A stretch of DNA of 64,000 nucleotides. Source: Octopus bimaculoides. Taxonomy: Eukaryota. Position numbers and translations under genes: made by a program. The stretch's first letter is position 1. Each line of letters begins with the position of its first letter. The notes beneath the pieces were generated by a model. That model had not been told where the DNA came from and searched no databases. It saw nothing but the letters and a program-made list of their open reading frames with translations. This document shows, one piece after another, positions 1-14,669 of the stretch. The stretch spans positions 143,277,221 through 143,341,220 of the forward strand of contig NC_068983.1 of assembly GCF_001194135.2 (NCBI RefSeq), read 5' to 3'.

Positions 1-990
1 TACTAATACCTGACAAACTCTCAAAAGAAAAGTTTTAACTGAAAAGTGGTGATAAATTATAGATTCATAAAACATTCAATATTGTTGCTAAATAGATCTA
101 ATATAAATACATTTTCAAGGACTTTAGAATTATTCAAGAAAATGTGCTTCTCCAAGAGATTACATATAGGGTGGATGTAGTGAATATAGTGGGTGGCAGC
201 CTGGCTGATAAAATAATACACTCCACTCTAATTATACATTACATCCAGAGGCAACTCCAAGTCATCTGCGTCTCTCAGGCTCAGCACAGATTTTGCATAA
301 GACATGTATAAAAGAAAGTAAGAGACCTAATGCACACCACAGACTTATACGTGCACTGATAATTTAACAATAAGATAAAAATATAGTTTTAGTATATCTT
401 TCTCCATTTCTAAGTTAAGGGTAAAATTAAAACAACCTAGCAAAACACAATGATCTTTACACACAGATGTACAGAATGACAGCAAGCAGATAACGACAGT
501 GGAATGCACAACAAACATCAGCAATCTGACTGTCACCTGTACTCTTGACAAAAGATGCCAGTTAGTCTTTTACACCTACCACGCTCGTTTGTACTAGCCT
601 GAGTTGCTGTATAATTTTTCATTCCTTTAAGAATATTGTAGGATGGAAACATTTCATAGATTGGAATTTAAATCCTAATCTCTATAGAAATTTGTTTCAA
701 GAAAACATTGAATTTAAATTACTTTTAATTTTTACAATTATAGATAACTCAGGCTGTAACTTCCGAGTCTGAGTTAGGCGTGAATGAACGCTGTCGAGAG
801 ACCGTCTGCTATGAATGATATTTTTTGACACAGGACACCTCTAAGGTGACCACCAGACGCTGAATGAAAATAAATGAACTGCAGCCAGGCTCAATAAAAG
901 GAGTCCAAGTTACTGGCTGCAATTACATACTTGATGTCAGTGTTGACAGAAATTGAATCAGCTTGCAAATACACGTTCATGTAACAGAGT

Positions 991-1016
991 CTAAAGAAAC
1001 TGGTGATAAGCTTCAT
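991..1016 (-). CDS. Candidate NKAIN terminal coding exon (YEAYHQFL* when spliced to the 61-nt exon), followed by putative 3' UTR
   Basis: Acceptor ttgactattatatatattattacag|atgaag with a branch-like TTGAC. Phase-1 join gives t|at gaa gct tat cac cag ttt ctt tag. Sequence 240-990 is non-repetitive and UTR-like. No homology support. Confidence 0.35.
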
Positions 1017-1382
1017 CTGTAATAATATATATAATAGTCAACTCCTTTGGAGAAAAATCATAAGCATAAGTATTAAGAAAATTTTCAGAATAAATAGGGA
1101 AACATCCTGTCAAATATTACAGACAATTTAAATGGAGGAGAGGGTTCAGGAATATTTATCCAGAGTAAACTAAAATCTATTTAATAAAAAAACGAGATAG
1201 TGATAATTATTTAGGCATTTTGATCAACTTTGTTTAGGTAAGGGTGAAGTTTAGGGTATTAATTCAGAAAGATAGGTTTAGGTAAGGGGGGAAAAAACTG
1301 CTGATTGGGTGGAAAGAAACTTGTACACCTGACTGAACTTCCTAGATACAGGTAATTTCACCACAAATTTCTTATGGATTTT

Positions 1383-1446
1383 CTTGAACATAAAACAGGT
1401 AGAATATTTGAGCTGGGTAGGGCTGATTTAAATGCTAAATGATTAA
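1383..1446 (+). mobile_element. 3' fragment of the 43644-43861 MITE family
   Basis: cttgaacataaaacaggtagaatattt...tttaaatgctaaatgattaa aligns to 43801-43860. Confidence 0.6.
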
Positions 1447-2384
1447 AGAATGAACCTGCTGTCAATAGCAATAAAGTCCCTACATCCACATGGTACAGTT
1501 TCCAGCAAAGTGGGCCAAGCCATTCAAAATTATATGTCAAGTACTCAGTACCATGAGATACAAAGCCATACTATTTGAATCAGCAGCTACAATAGTAATA
1601 ATTTATGTAGTTGCAGCTATCAGATAAATAGAGAATGGTTGAGAGGAATTAAATGTATAAAAGACAATACAGCTAAGTATATTTTGGAGGTTGTTAGTTT
1701 AGCTTTGTGACTTCATTTCCTGCTTATGATAAAGCTGTGGATTGAAAAAACTATTTACAAGATTTGGGAAATAAGGATTTAATAACAATTTAATAATGAG
1801 TTCATAGAAAAAAAAGCAATAATAATGATTTCTTAATGACACAGTCAAACAATGTGCAGTTGACAGAAATTACCCTAGTATATACCCAAAATTGGAAAGC
1901 TGAAGGTAAAGTTGACAATAGTAGAATTGAATTCAGAACATAGACAAAATGGAATATTAAATGATTTGTTTCTTAGTCCACCACACTACACTTCCATTGC
2001 TAAAACGATCATCCTAAACATTCTACATTGTCTAAGTCCGAATTTCAAACTCAGCAAATTCTGTTTATTCATAACTAGTATTTCAAAATGGCATAATTTA
2101 AAATATATTTAACATATATTTAACATCATCATCATCACAACCACTGTTTTTACAACCACTTTTTTCATGCTGGCATGGGTTGGATAAGACTTGCTGAGGC
2201 AGTATTTTGCAGCTGGGTGTCCTTCTTGATGCCAAAACCTCTTAAAGCCTTTACCACTTTGCAAGCAAAGCAGATCTTATATGAATTTAAATTTACTGAT
2301 AAAGATGAAAGATAAGGGTGTGATTAAAGAAACATTTTAGAATAAAACAAATAAACAATCGAATCAATGAAAGGAACTCTGCAT

Positions 2385-2690
2385 AGTTACTTGACCTGCT
2401 AAAAATAGCAGCCAAATCACCCTCAAATCAAACCCATTTTAAAAGAGGGATCAAAACATTGGATAATGTTATCCTTGACACTGTACATTTAAGGACAAAA
2501 AAAAAAAAAACAGAGTGGATGATAGTCAAGGCTGTAAAGGCTTTCACCATACATCTGCTCAAATATATTGGATAATGTAGTCCTAGATACACTGTGTGGA
2601 GGAAAAAAAAAGAGAGTCACAGCTGGAAGGCCTTTCATCAAAAGTATGCCTGATCAAGGCTGACCTGGGGCTAAATGACAACAGCTAAAC
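2385..2690 (+). repeat. Old dispersed retroposon 3' end, with an internal ~110-bp duplication here
   Basis: ttgacctgcta.aaatagcagccaaa...ggataatgtagtcctagatac...gctggaa.gcctt..atca...gctgacc recurs near 13020, 19610, 21790, 22030, 25240, 27340, 32885, 51425 and 54330 in both orientations. Confidence 0.7.
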
Positions 2691-3507
2691 AAATAAGTTA
2701 CAAGCAAATATACACAAATGCATACATCTGAACAAGATTAAGGTGAGACAAGACTTGTGTAGCATCCAGATTTCTTAAGATGAAATACAAACCTTGCTTT
2801 AGACATCAATAATTTCACAGTAATCAACCTAGAGTGATATTTAAATGTAGTGATTTTACAGTGATCAAATTGCAGAGGTATTTGATAAAAATCTAAAGCT
2901 TTTTCATTCAACAAAATGCTGAAAGAATAATTTAAAAAAAAAAAAAAAAACATCGAACAGATTTTCAATAAGAATTTTAAAAATCTAACCATAAGAAAAT
3001 GTCAAATTACCCATTAGAGATTATGTGTGCATAATTTCATTTAAAAATAAATATATATGCTGTTGTAAACAATTAATTACCAAATATTATTTAAAATACA
3101 AACAGCTGAAAAAAAAAATGGGAATAAAATTAAATCTGGAAAATAATGATAAAGAAAAACACTTGAATATATAGATAAGATTTTTCCTTTTGGGCAAAAT
3201 ATGTAAAGTAAATTTGTTTCCTAAAGGAGAATTTAGTTCTATCAATGGAGTATTGGAATTGACATTTAAACAACTAATACTGCAAATATAGGATATGGCT
3301 GCAATAAAAATCAATTAACTATCTTTGCAACTGAAAACAAAGCAAACAAACAAACTAGATAAACAACAGGACTGCATAAGTGTGCAAATGTATACATTCC
3401 TATACACATGCAAATAAACAGGAAACACATACAACCAAAAGCTTTCACAAATGTGTGTCCATGTGTATGTATGCATGTATGTTTACAGTTTGTATGCAAT
3501 AGGTATA

Positions 3508-3873
3508 GGTGCAGCTGTGTGGTAAGTTTGCTTCCCAGCCACACAGTTCTGGGTTCAGTCCCACTGCTTAACACCTTGGGCAAGTGTCTTCTACTATAGC
3601 CTCGGGGCAACTAAAGTCTTGTGAGTGGATCTGGTAAATGGAAACTGAAAAGAAGCCCATAGTATAAATGTGTGTGTCTTCGTCCCCCACTACTGGTTGG
3701 CAACTATGGTGTTGTGTTTATGTCCCTGTAACCTAGCAGTTCAGCAAAAGAGACTGATAGAATAAGTACTATGCTTCAAAAAAATAAGTACTGGGGTCGA
3801 TCCATTCAACTAAAAATACTTCAAGGTGGTGCCCCAGCATGGCCACAGTCTAATGACTGAAACAAGTAAAAGA
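3508..3873 (+). mobile_element. tRNA-derived SINE (family A)
   Basis: Head gctgtgtggtaag...gggttcagtcccactg, core ggcaagtgtcttctactatagc, tail gactgaaacaagtaaaag; repeated at 10205 and 57107. Confidence 0.85.
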
Positions 3874-3950
3874 TGTGTGTGCACGTAAATATGCATTCAA
3901 TGGACAGCCATGAGTGAAGTAAGACACGTATGTGTGTGCGTGCATATATA

Positions 3951-3995
<45 letters not shown>

Positions 3996-4079
3996 GTGTG
4001 TGTGCGATCATCTGTTTTCCATGCTTACACACACACACATTTCTATCTTAATAGAAGTGTTACAAAGCTGTGTTGCAAC

Positions 4080-4560
4080 TGGTTATTAAAGTAGTAGCTC
4101 AACCAATCAAGTGTAGATGTTATATACCTGAACGCTGCAAAGCTTTTTAATACATTTGATCACAGGATAATATATCACAAGCTTCATGATCACAGCATAG
4201 TTAGAAAACCAGGAGTGATTGTATGACTTTAATGGACACAAATCAAGATATTGGCCAAGGACACCATTTCAAAAGAGTTAATTTTGAACAGAGTGCTGCA
4301 GGGTACTATTTTTTTGGCTAATACAATTTGAAATAGCTCTCTCAGACATTACCAGTTATTATACTTTGTTATTGCTAGTTATGTTGATACCAAAATATCA
4401 AAGGCAATCAAGAGACCCAATGATATCAAAAATATAGGGGAAGATCACAATGCCATTTGAAGGTACTGGTATCAAACTTTAGGAATTTGCAGAGTTTTGT
4501 CTTATAAACCATGCAGTGCTAAATGTGTTAACCTATCTCTCTGGGTTTGTTATTAGTTGC
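4080..4560 (+). mobile_element. Highly degenerate CR1/L2-like RT fragment
   Basis: Eroded equivalents of LDFAKAFD.VDH (ctgaacgctgcaaagcttttaatacatttgatcac), GVPQGT (gagtgctgcagggtact) and ADDTKI (gttgataccaaaata). Confidence 0.55.
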
Positions 4561-6868
4561 TTACAGTTTAAAAACCATCACAGCTCTTCAAGATCCTCTC
4601 AGAAAATGTAAAAGAAATGTATAAACATACACAAATGCATACACATGCATAAACCCAGCAAAATGTCATCAATAGCAATAATGTGAAACAACATGTATGA
4701 ACAATCTATAAAGTCTAAAAATGACTGCTGCACACTGAAATATTACATGAAAGAGACAAAGAATTAACAGTATCAACAATATTAATAATAATCGCAACAA
4801 AGAAATACAAGAGCATTTTGCTGACAAGCTGGAAATAATGAAAGTAGGTATGTCTTGACTACAATTACAAGGACCAAGAAAATTCAGGCAAATCATAGCT
4901 GCATATAACTGAAGATGTCTTCATAGCAAAAGCAAATATGGGTTATTATAAACAGTATTCATGCTTTTATTATCTGTTTAAGATGAAATCAAGGTTTTTT
5001 TTTTTTGCTAAATGTTTTAGAACTTGAAATATTTAATGTATGTATTACATGTTATTCTTTTACTGGCTTCAACTATTCAGTAATGATCATGCTCGAGCAC
5101 CATAACATTTGAATTACTTATAATTATAAAATTAACTATTTTTATGTAACATGTATAGAGAAAGCTACTGATTTTTAAAACTTTTTTGTAGAAAAGTATG
5201 TGTTTGAATACATGGTTGTAGGAGAAGTATGTGAGGTGAGTAGTGTGTGTAGACATAGTTAATGAACTCTTTGTGATTTTAAAGTTCTGGGTTTGAGCTC
5301 ACTGTATGTATTTTAGAAAAGTTGCCCCTATGAGTAATATTTGATTGGCAGAAACTCTGTGAAGCCTGACAGGTGGACTGTGCCTGTAATTTGAAGGCCT
5401 GGTCTCATCGCACACCGTCATGCTGATTTTGCTTGTTTCTTGAACACTCAGCCACTAATTCTATAAAACAAATGAGTAAATAGTTCTGTTGATCAAGCAA
5501 CTGAAATACTTATCAAAACAAGAGTTTGCGTGTATGTTTACTAAGGGCTTCAGACCCATACCTTACGTTTCAAACATGTCATACATAGGCAACTGTAAAA
5601 TTCAGCAGAAACTCGACAATCAATAGTCCATCAAATATTTAAATCCATTCTAATATGAACAAAATTCTATCAGGTCCTAGATACTGAATTTAAGCCCTAG
5701 TTACCACAATACACATACAAAGATATTTTGCATAAAAGTGTAAAATCCTGTGTTAGCTGATTCTTACTCATTAAAGTAAAAAAGAAAACAAATTTTAAAT
5801 GAAATATTAAAATATTAATTAGAAATAACATCATTATACTATCTCCTTGGTAGTCATGCGATCACAAATTCTATAGAAATTCTATACTTTTTTAATTTCT
5901 CCCCCATCACCCAAATTTTGAAGGTGATACTCCAGAATGGCCTTGGCTGTAGTGGCTACAACATACTAAAAGTAAAATCTTAATGTCAAAAATCCAGGTG
6001 GCAGGGCACTAAAAAGCAACTACATATGATATCTAGTCGTAATAAAACAATTTTAGTTTGGTTCGAATATTAATTATTGAACGAGTTATTAACCTAAGAT
6101 TGTTTTCAGACTACATTTCTATATATTTGATAAAAACATGGACACTGGGATAACAGAATTAAAGAGAAAGAAAAAACAATGCATAACAAGTGTAGCTTAT
6201 TCCTTCTTAAATCTTATCTATCCAAAGTCCATTTGGCATTTAATTTGATGTACAGAAATAGATTTTCGTTAATATTGAAAATAAAGAACATTTGTTAATT
6301 CCTTGGAAATACAGTGTGTGTGTGTGTGTGTGTGTGTGTGCATATTGCTAGAAGTACAATAATAATAAATTATAACAATACTGATTAACAGGCATTTTAA
6401 TAATTTTCAGAACACGATAAATGGAAAAACACAAACAAAAGTTGGCAGTCAAACAGGCAACAGACAATGTAACAAATGATAGCAATAGGTATATGCATAC
6501 ACACACACACACACACACACACATACACACACACATACACACACACACACACACACACGCATGTCTCAATAAATGTACAAATGAAAGAAAATGTGCTTAA
6601 TATGTTTATTTATATTAATTTTGACCCAGAATCACATTGCTTAAATCTTCAAAGGAATGGAAAAACATTATCATTAATGGTGAGTGGGGCTTTTCTTCAT
6701 TTGCTTTCCAACTCTAAATGCAGCTGATTAATCTTTCTAACAACAAATCCCACTGCTTTCCTTAACATGAAATCTGAACTGTCATTTTACTGCCAAGAAT
6801 GAGACTAATACTATTCCATAAACTTTTATCAACACTTACTTAAACTTTATTGAAACCTAATACTAGAC

Positions 6869-7026
6869 CAGTTGTTCCCAACCCTTTTATTTAAATGAGT
6901 TTTCCCAAGGACCCCTTTTAATATGCTTATCCTTTTGTGCATGTATGTGTATATATATATATATATATATATAATGTAAGCACACACACACATATACCAC
7001 CAGGGGTCCCAGGTGGGGAACCCCTG
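6869..7026. mobile_element. hAT-like MITE (158 bp)
   Basis: 15-bp TIRs cagttgttcccaacc / ggtggggaacccctg (12/15); perfect 8-bp TSD TACTAGAC at 6861-6868 and 7027-7034. Confidence 0.9.
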
Positions 7027-7350
7027 TACTAGACCCTCTAAATAGAAAAAGGGAAACTACACTAAGCCGAAATTACCAATTCCACTATCAGTCAGAAGTA
7101 GCTGGTAGACACCAATTCTACCACATTATCCAACCCAACTAAAAAAGATGGTACACATCATCATCCAATTAGAATCAACCTTGTTTAGAAGCTATCAAAG
7201 TCTGCCACTCAGAATCAAGTATTTGAATGATCAGGGTTATTGGTTTTATTTCTGTGAAACTTTAAGTAATGCAATTCTGAGTAAAATGTTAATACAAATA
7301 TACACATATACGTATTTAGACATATCCATGCATGCATATATATACATTTG

Positions 7351-7395
<45 letters not shown>
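7351..7395. repeat. (AGAT)n microsatellite
   Basis: Direct reading. Confidence 0.97.
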
Positions 7396-10204
7396 GAGAT
7401 ACATATCCATGCATGCACTTATATACACGTATAGACATATCCCTATACATATACATGTATGCACAATAACAATATGGAAAGTAAATGAAATGAAGAGAAA
7501 AATGACAAATATTATACAGCCAATGGACTAACTTGCCAGGTCAAAAGCAGCATGCAACAGCTCTCAGCTGAAGGCTAAACTATATCGGAGCTCTTAAGTT
7601 TGGGAAAGGAAATAATCTAAAAGGATCACAATCGTTTCTAAGGGTATATGGACAAGGACTTGGTTTGTAGGGTTCTCTGTTTTTTTTTATTTGTAACTTG
7701 CAAGTAACAAGATGTAGGGAAGAAAGTAACAAAACAAAAATAAATTGAGTGCATTGGTTGTTCCTTGTATATTATTTAATTTTATGTATTTATTGGTAGA
7801 CATAAAGGACAATTCACCGTAAGGGACCCATTGATAGAAATTGAAATATACATTACTTGCCTACTCAGCAAATGTTGAAATGTTTCAATGGTGTAATGGT
7901 TAGTATATTTATTTAATAGACAAAATTCAATTTGTCCTGAAGGATTTGTAAAAATACTGCTCTTGAATTATAACTTACAAATGCATAGTTTGATATTGTT
8001 TATATATAAGGGACAGAATTCTATCTCCCATGGATTGATTTACGAATTTAGTTTAAATAAACAGAGATAGAGGGCTAGAAATAATTTGTCATTAAATGAG
8101 CTTGCTATGAAGTAAAATCAAGAGTTTAAGAATAATTTATTTCTCACAGAGGAACAATTTCCTGTTTGTAGATGATTAGGTGTATAATGCAATTCTTTAC
8201 AAGATATCACTAAAATTATTATTATTTTAGGAGAAATATCTTAAATGTTCAGAAAATTTTTTTAAATAATTAAAAAAAAAAAAAAGGCATGAATATGGAA
8301 AATATAATTATTTTGAAGGTAAATAAATAAAATGTGTTGCTTAAAATTACAAAATAAAAAACACAGAAAGAGAACTTCAGGGAATGACTAAGGATCTAAT
8401 TAGTTGAGATCTGAATATTTTTACAGCTTAATATAAATTTTGTTTAATTAATGACAGACTAACTTCCATTTTAACAGAATTTTTAAAAAGTTGGCTTCTG
8501 TCATTATGACTTTCATATTTGTTGTAAAACCATATACAATACATTGTACAAAGTGTGTGTGTGTATAATTAACTAGATAAATAAGACCTTTAAACTCTTA
8601 CTATTTTTCTCTTACAGTACAGTAGCATAATCAAGGGAAATTTCTCTAATTATATTTTCAAAGGTTTGGGCTGAAACTAATCACCTGTGTTAATTTAACA
8701 CTATGAATTACACGTATTAAAAAATTACAATGTGTCAAATATAAGAATAATTTTTGAGTCAGAGAGAAAATATTAAAAGAAACTAATTGTATTTGTTTTT
8801 TGTTTTTTTTTTATAACAATTATTTTTTTTTAAGTACCTGATTTATGTACAGAAGCTATCAAAAGCAACAGGGTAGCAAACAAGACAACTAAAGAAAACC
8901 TACTAGCATCTTATAGTTTTATAGACATCACAAGCAATGCAACAACACAATATATGTTCAAACAAAGTATTAATCACCAAGAGAATTTATAAGAAAACGA
9001 AATCCAAGAATTTCTTCACAAGTAAACTCTAAATGAATTAGTAGGAGGTTAAAGTGTTAGAATGTAATGCTTTATTAAAGTAATCACTTGAAAGTGTTAT
9101 CGTTGTTAATCTTGTTGTTGTTGTTATTTAAGCAAGAGTGCAACCATAGTAACAATAATAAGAGCATTTCAGTTGTTGACAACTGCAGATGTTTGTTGGT
9201 CAAGGCCATAGAAGCTGTTATTCCCTGCTGCAACTGATCTGTGATTCAGAAAAATGAAGTGACAAGAGCCTTGACTACATTATGGAGCAAAGAAAAGGAG
9301 AAATAAGAGAATGGAAGAGTGAGAGAGTACTATGGAGGGGGTAGAAAATAAAAGAGAGAGGGTATTCTTAAAAATCTTAAATCACTGAGAATGGAACAAA
9401 TAAGTTCCCTTTGAAAGAGAGTTTTTTTTTGGAGTATGAGCATTGAATAATATATATGGTCCTTATTTAGGTGGCTGTCTGACTTGGGGAGTGAAGGAAA
9501 GAGCCAGAAATGAAACCTAGTAGAATCAAACTTTAAGATTATACATGACCAGGTAGGTGAAAAGTTTACTTCAGGATCTAAAGGGAAGCAAATTAATTTC
9601 AGGATTTCACCTTATTTGTTATTTTTCAATTAAAGAAGAATAATGCATCATAAACTAGTGAATTGTTGGGTCACCAGTGAAGTCTTCTATCTTTATCCAC
9701 CATGACATGAGCAAGTTTGTTAAATGGAGCTCATCTCTTTCTCTCTATCTCTCTCCTCCAAGTTATTGATAAATTAGCCAGAAGTGAATTTGTGGGTGCA
9801 AACCTTAAAGTTTAAAAAAAAACAAAACATGAAAAAGTGGAAGCATTCATACTTTTCCAAAGGGCACAAAAAACAAAAATGTGCAGAAATATTTTTGGAA
9901 AGGGTCCAAAGTTGCTTTGCGATCCCAAAATCTAAAATTCCTTGACAAATTCTATTTCGTCAGTTAGTCATCAGCTTCCTAATTTAATTTTGCAAACTTC
10001 CTGCTTCTATAAATCTCACCACTACTTTAAGTTCACACTAGATAACAACAATTGTAAAGTACAGATACACAAGGCTATGTGAATCACAAATTTTAATATA
10101 CAGAGCCTATTAAGTAGTCTCTACAAGGTTATTTGACTTGTTAGAAATAATAGCAAAATCTTCCCTACTGCCTTAAGAAAAACAATGGAATGGATACATA
10201 TATA

Positions 10205-10573
10205 GGTGCGGGCATGATTGAATGGTAAGAAGCTTGTTTCCCAACCACATGGTTCTGAATTCAGTCCCACTGCATGGTACCTTGGGCAAGTGTCTTCTAC
10301 TATAGACTTGGGCCAACCAAAGCCGTGTGAGTGGATTTGGTAGATGGAAGCTGAAAGAAGCCCATCATATATATATATGTATATATTTGTGTGTCTGTGT
10401 TTGTCTCCTCACCATCGCTTGACAACTAGTGTTGGTGTGTTTACATAACTTAGCAGTTCAACAAAAGTGACTGATAGAATAAGTACTAGGCTTACAAAGT
10501 CGTGGGGTCAATTTGCTTAACTAAAGGCAATGTTCCAACACGGCAGTTAAATGATTGTAACAAGTAAAAGAAT
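10205..10573 (+). mobile_element. SINE family A
   Basis: Same head, core and tail as 3508-3873. Confidence 0.85.
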
Positions 10574-11326
10574 AACAGCCATAGATATACAAAAATGTAT
10601 GGCCATAGTTGAAATTCCTTAAATCAAAGGTCCTCCCAATAAAGGCTGACCCAGAGAAAAACAATAACAACATGAATATTTCCCATCATTATTCCAATCT
10701 ATGATACTTAAAATTTTAACTACTAAAAGTTATTATATAAACAAAGGCAGACAGTAAATTTATCTCAGTCATATTTTGAATTATATCTATCTAGTACTTC
10801 CCAGTATACACAACTACAAACATAAACCAATTTATACTTGTACACAATCTTAATATTACAACACTCCACATATTATACATAAAAATACATTTAATGTTGT
10901 GAATATTAGATGTAATCAAAAAAACTTAGTTCAGTCTTTAGCTGAACTGGCTAAATTTGATACTCTTTTCTTACAATGTACTATAGAGAATTCTAATAAA
11001 ATAGGGAATCTAACACAGTGAACAGAATTTTGTTTAAAAATCTAGAAATATTTTGCGTAAATTGTTTTTATAAGAGACACCGTTCTTTTAATAATAGTGT
11101 CAAGCTTTTAAATACTTGAAAGAGAATGAGAAGGGAATAATTTAGAAACACAGTTTCACTAGCTACAAAGTCCCGAGTAGTCTATGTGTTACTAGACTTG
11201 GGATAAAATATTTTAAAATTAGAAAAAAAATTTAAAAGAATATTTCTAAACTATAAAAAAAAACCCTTACAAAAAAAAAACATTTGATGTTGAAAACTCA
11301 TCACCATAATCAGTTCTCTGTTTTAA

Positions 11327-11571
11327 CCCTTTCATTACCATATTTTTAATGAAATACACTGCCTACGATTTTCAATTAATTTTGAAAATAATCAAGAATT
11401 TGGAGAGATTTAATAAGATAATTTTCTCATTATTAAGCTGATGTTTGGAACATAAAAGGTTTTTACATTAAATTGCAATGAAAGATTTTTATATAAATAT
11501 AAACAATTTAAAACAAATAATTTTCTATCACAAAACCACGGGTGGTTTCAGTTGCATTTGTATCAAAAGGG
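11327..11571 (+). mobile_element. piggyBac-like MITE
   Basis: TTAA|CCCTTTC ... AAAAGGG|TAAT; homologous in inverse orientation to 50923-51137. Confidence 0.7.
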
Positions 11572-14269
11572 TAATGCAAGTTATTCATGAATTAAGCTTT
11601 TCAATACCTTGATTCATCAAATAGACTATCATTAACTTCAACTAAGATACAATCAACAGAGGATAGGTTGATATGATAGACACAATGTTTATGTCAGAAG
11701 GTCATAAATGTTTATAGACACGATGTTTATGTCAGAAGGTCATCACCTACATGTGGTCAGTTTCATTACTAATCAGTGACAATTTAACACTCCATCACTA
11801 TATAAAGAGCTCTTAATTCTTTTTTTTTTTCTTGAATGACTTCATCAGAAAATGAAGGACAAAAAGGCAGTGTCCATAACTTGTTAGGGCCTCTGAGACT
11901 GGAGGGAGAAAGGGAAGATATCCTTACACCAGAGACCTGGCTTGAGTGGACTCTGCTAGAGGCACTTATTCCTGAAAATTTTGTCTCCTAACAATGAAAA
12001 CTTGTTGCTGTGAGCAAGAGATATCGATATAAGATATCCGAGCCTTCTATAACCACAAACAGGAAATTTGCAAAACAAACTTTTTCAACATTGATAAATT
12101 GAAGCAAATGATAACTGGGGTTGGATTATCAATGACAATTGAGGTTATAAGTTGAATAAAAAAAAAACAAAGGAAGAAAAAAATGATGAGTATAGCGCTA
12201 AGTTGTGTCAAAGACAAAGCAAATTATAGAAAAAATATTTCATCAACCACAATACAAGCAAAATGACCAAAACAAATGGAGATGAGATTTCTTACAATTC
12301 AATTTTGAGAACTGTTTCAAGATAACTCTACATCGCTGACTTAACAAATAACTGACCGAAATTGATGAAAAGCAAAAAAAAAAAGAAAGAAAAAAAAAAG
12401 TAGTTTAATTAATTAGCAAAAAGTAAAAATATTTCAAGCAGAGTTCTCTATAATGATACTTGAAATGCTTGATATTTCTTCTTACGGTACTCTCACATAG
12501 TTCAGTTTTCTTTTTTTTTATTGAATCGACTCTTGATAATACAAAACCATTTCTAGTATCCACAAATCCTAGTGATGTGGAAGTTTTATTAGCTATTTAT
12601 TATTTCCAATGAACATTTTTCTCTTCTCACTATGTATGTGTGTATACACCTACACATGCATTTATACATATGTGTATAGGTGCAGGCATAGCTGTGTGGT
12701 TAAAAACTTCACTTCCCAACTGCATAGTTTCAGGTTCAGTTCCACTGAGCAAAGTATTTTCTACTATATATTTACTTTGACAAGAATTTTAATATATTTT
12801 TCATAGAGATTAAAACAATGTTAAAGCCAAAGCAAAGTGAAACACTTTAAAATGAATTTTATCATCATTTATAAGAAATAAAATGGAAAATAATTTGTTC
12901 TATGATGAATTTGAAATTCATTCAACACTTCTAATCTTTATGTCATATGTACACTAACAAAAGAATGAAAGAAAGTTGATTCATTCTGGATCAGCCCTGA
13001 ATTACCAGGTCTGTGGATCAAGGACATTTCAGCTGCAAATATCTGCACTTGTTTTACTTTTAGATATTGTATCTAGGACTAAATCATGCAATGTGTCTTC
13101 CCTTTATTTTTAAGTAAGGATTGATTAAAGAGGGATCTGAATGCTATTTCTAGTAGATCGAGCAGCTACACAAAGTTGTAATTAAAATTACAATAATGTT
13201 TTCATTTCTTACAAGTGATGGCAAAACTGATGACATTCTCATTGGATTTCAATAGGAACAAGACTGTAGAAATTCGTTATTGGAAACAGCATTGGTTAAA
13301 AAATAGTATTCTGTATATCTTACTTAATGCAGATATACTATAGAATACACAAAACTGATTCAATTTCCATAATTTTACCTGTTGTACTATTGTACCTGTT
13401 AACTATACTGTAACATAATTACTACACTAAGTAAAAGACCAGCTTATATTGTCTAAGAATATTGTTGAATGCATCAATTGCATAATACAGATACATATAT
13501 TATTTATCACTGAATAGCTAGAAAGCAATGATAAGATACACTGGATTTTAACTCAGAACAGTTGATTAATGACCCTGATACTGTGATGTATTAAGCCTAA
13601 CTTACTAATGACACCATTACTAATGACAACCATTTCCTATTTTTCTTTTATCAAAATGTGAAACCCAATAAATATTTCACAAAAAGGTTGCTTGTTTCAA
13701 TAAAGATTGTTAGTTATACATACAACTGGCTTCTGCAGTTTTTTTCCCCTCTACCAAATTCTAGTTAATCCAAGGCTATGGTGAAAGACACTTGTCCAAG
13801 GTACAGCAAAATGGCATCAAACATGGAACCACATGGTTGCAAAATGAGCTTAATGACACAGCAAAGGCTAAGTTGACTTCAGTGGAATTTGAACTCAGAA
13901 TGTAAAGCTGGAAGAAATATTGCTAAGCATTTTGTCCAATACTAATGGTTCTGCCAATACTAATTGTTGCCCATGACAACAAAGTTAGACTAGATTTACT
14001 GTGCACTCAACTGGTATTCATCAATTCTGGAAAAATGAATAGCAAAACTGAATCTAATAGGATTTGAACTCAGAATGTAATCAGACATAATATTATATAC
14101 TCTGTCCAGCACTCAAGTGATTTAGTCATCCACTGTTTTAACAACAATAATAATAATGCTTTCTAATTTTGGTACAAGACTAGTAATTTTGAGGGGAGGG
14201 GGCAAGTTGATTACATTAGATCCAGTACTTGTCTGGTTCTTTATTTTTATCAACCTTGAAGGTCACTCT

Positions 14270-14600
14270 TCTTATTGTCCGTCCAGAGGTTTGAACAAAC
14301 CATATACCCCAGGAACTTAACCAAACCTGTCTCTCCAATATATCAAAATGCAGAACTTGCTTCTCCAGGTGGTGAATTGCAAACCCAAAATCTTTTCCAG
14401 ATTAATTACTGCTTCTGCCACTACCTTGCATTCCTTTAGAATAGTGCCAACTAACTTATGTTCATAGTATCTGACAATGATTGTAGCTGTGTCCTTTAAA
14501 AGATTGAATTGACAATGTCTATCTTCTGTATTTCTCATCTCATTCAGAATTCTGATTGCTTAGTCACGAATGGCAAGGATTGTCAACTGCTGCCATAGTA
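14270..14600 (-). mobile_element. Degenerate L1/Tx1-like RT fragment
   Basis: GTILKECKVVAEAVINLEKILGLQFTTWRSK...VKFLGY resembles the Tx1-type GAKIN.EKS.GL.LG.W...VK.LG segment as recalled. Confidence 0.45.
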
Positions 14601-14627
14601 ATTATTCTAGATACTTTTGGAACAAAG

Positions 14628-14669
<42 letters not shown>

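Noticed and set aside
2738-2992. 84-aa minus-strand ORF with a good acceptor near 2918
   Set aside because: Open frame is phase-incompatible with the 61-nt exon and has no recognisable homology.
9050-9236. Minus-strand acceptor giving YQLQQGITASMALTNKHLQLS..., faintly like the NKAIN HLQLQP tail
   Set aside because: Similarity is only 4 residues, there is no good donor, and the frame runs into (AAC)n; plausible by chance.
11676-11743. 30-bp direct repeat with a 38-bp period
   Set aside because: Simple local duplication with no sign of function.
11925-11972. Possible 44-nt minus-strand exon with a gtaagg donor
   Set aside because: Would create an immediate TGA after EEDES; no supporting evidence.
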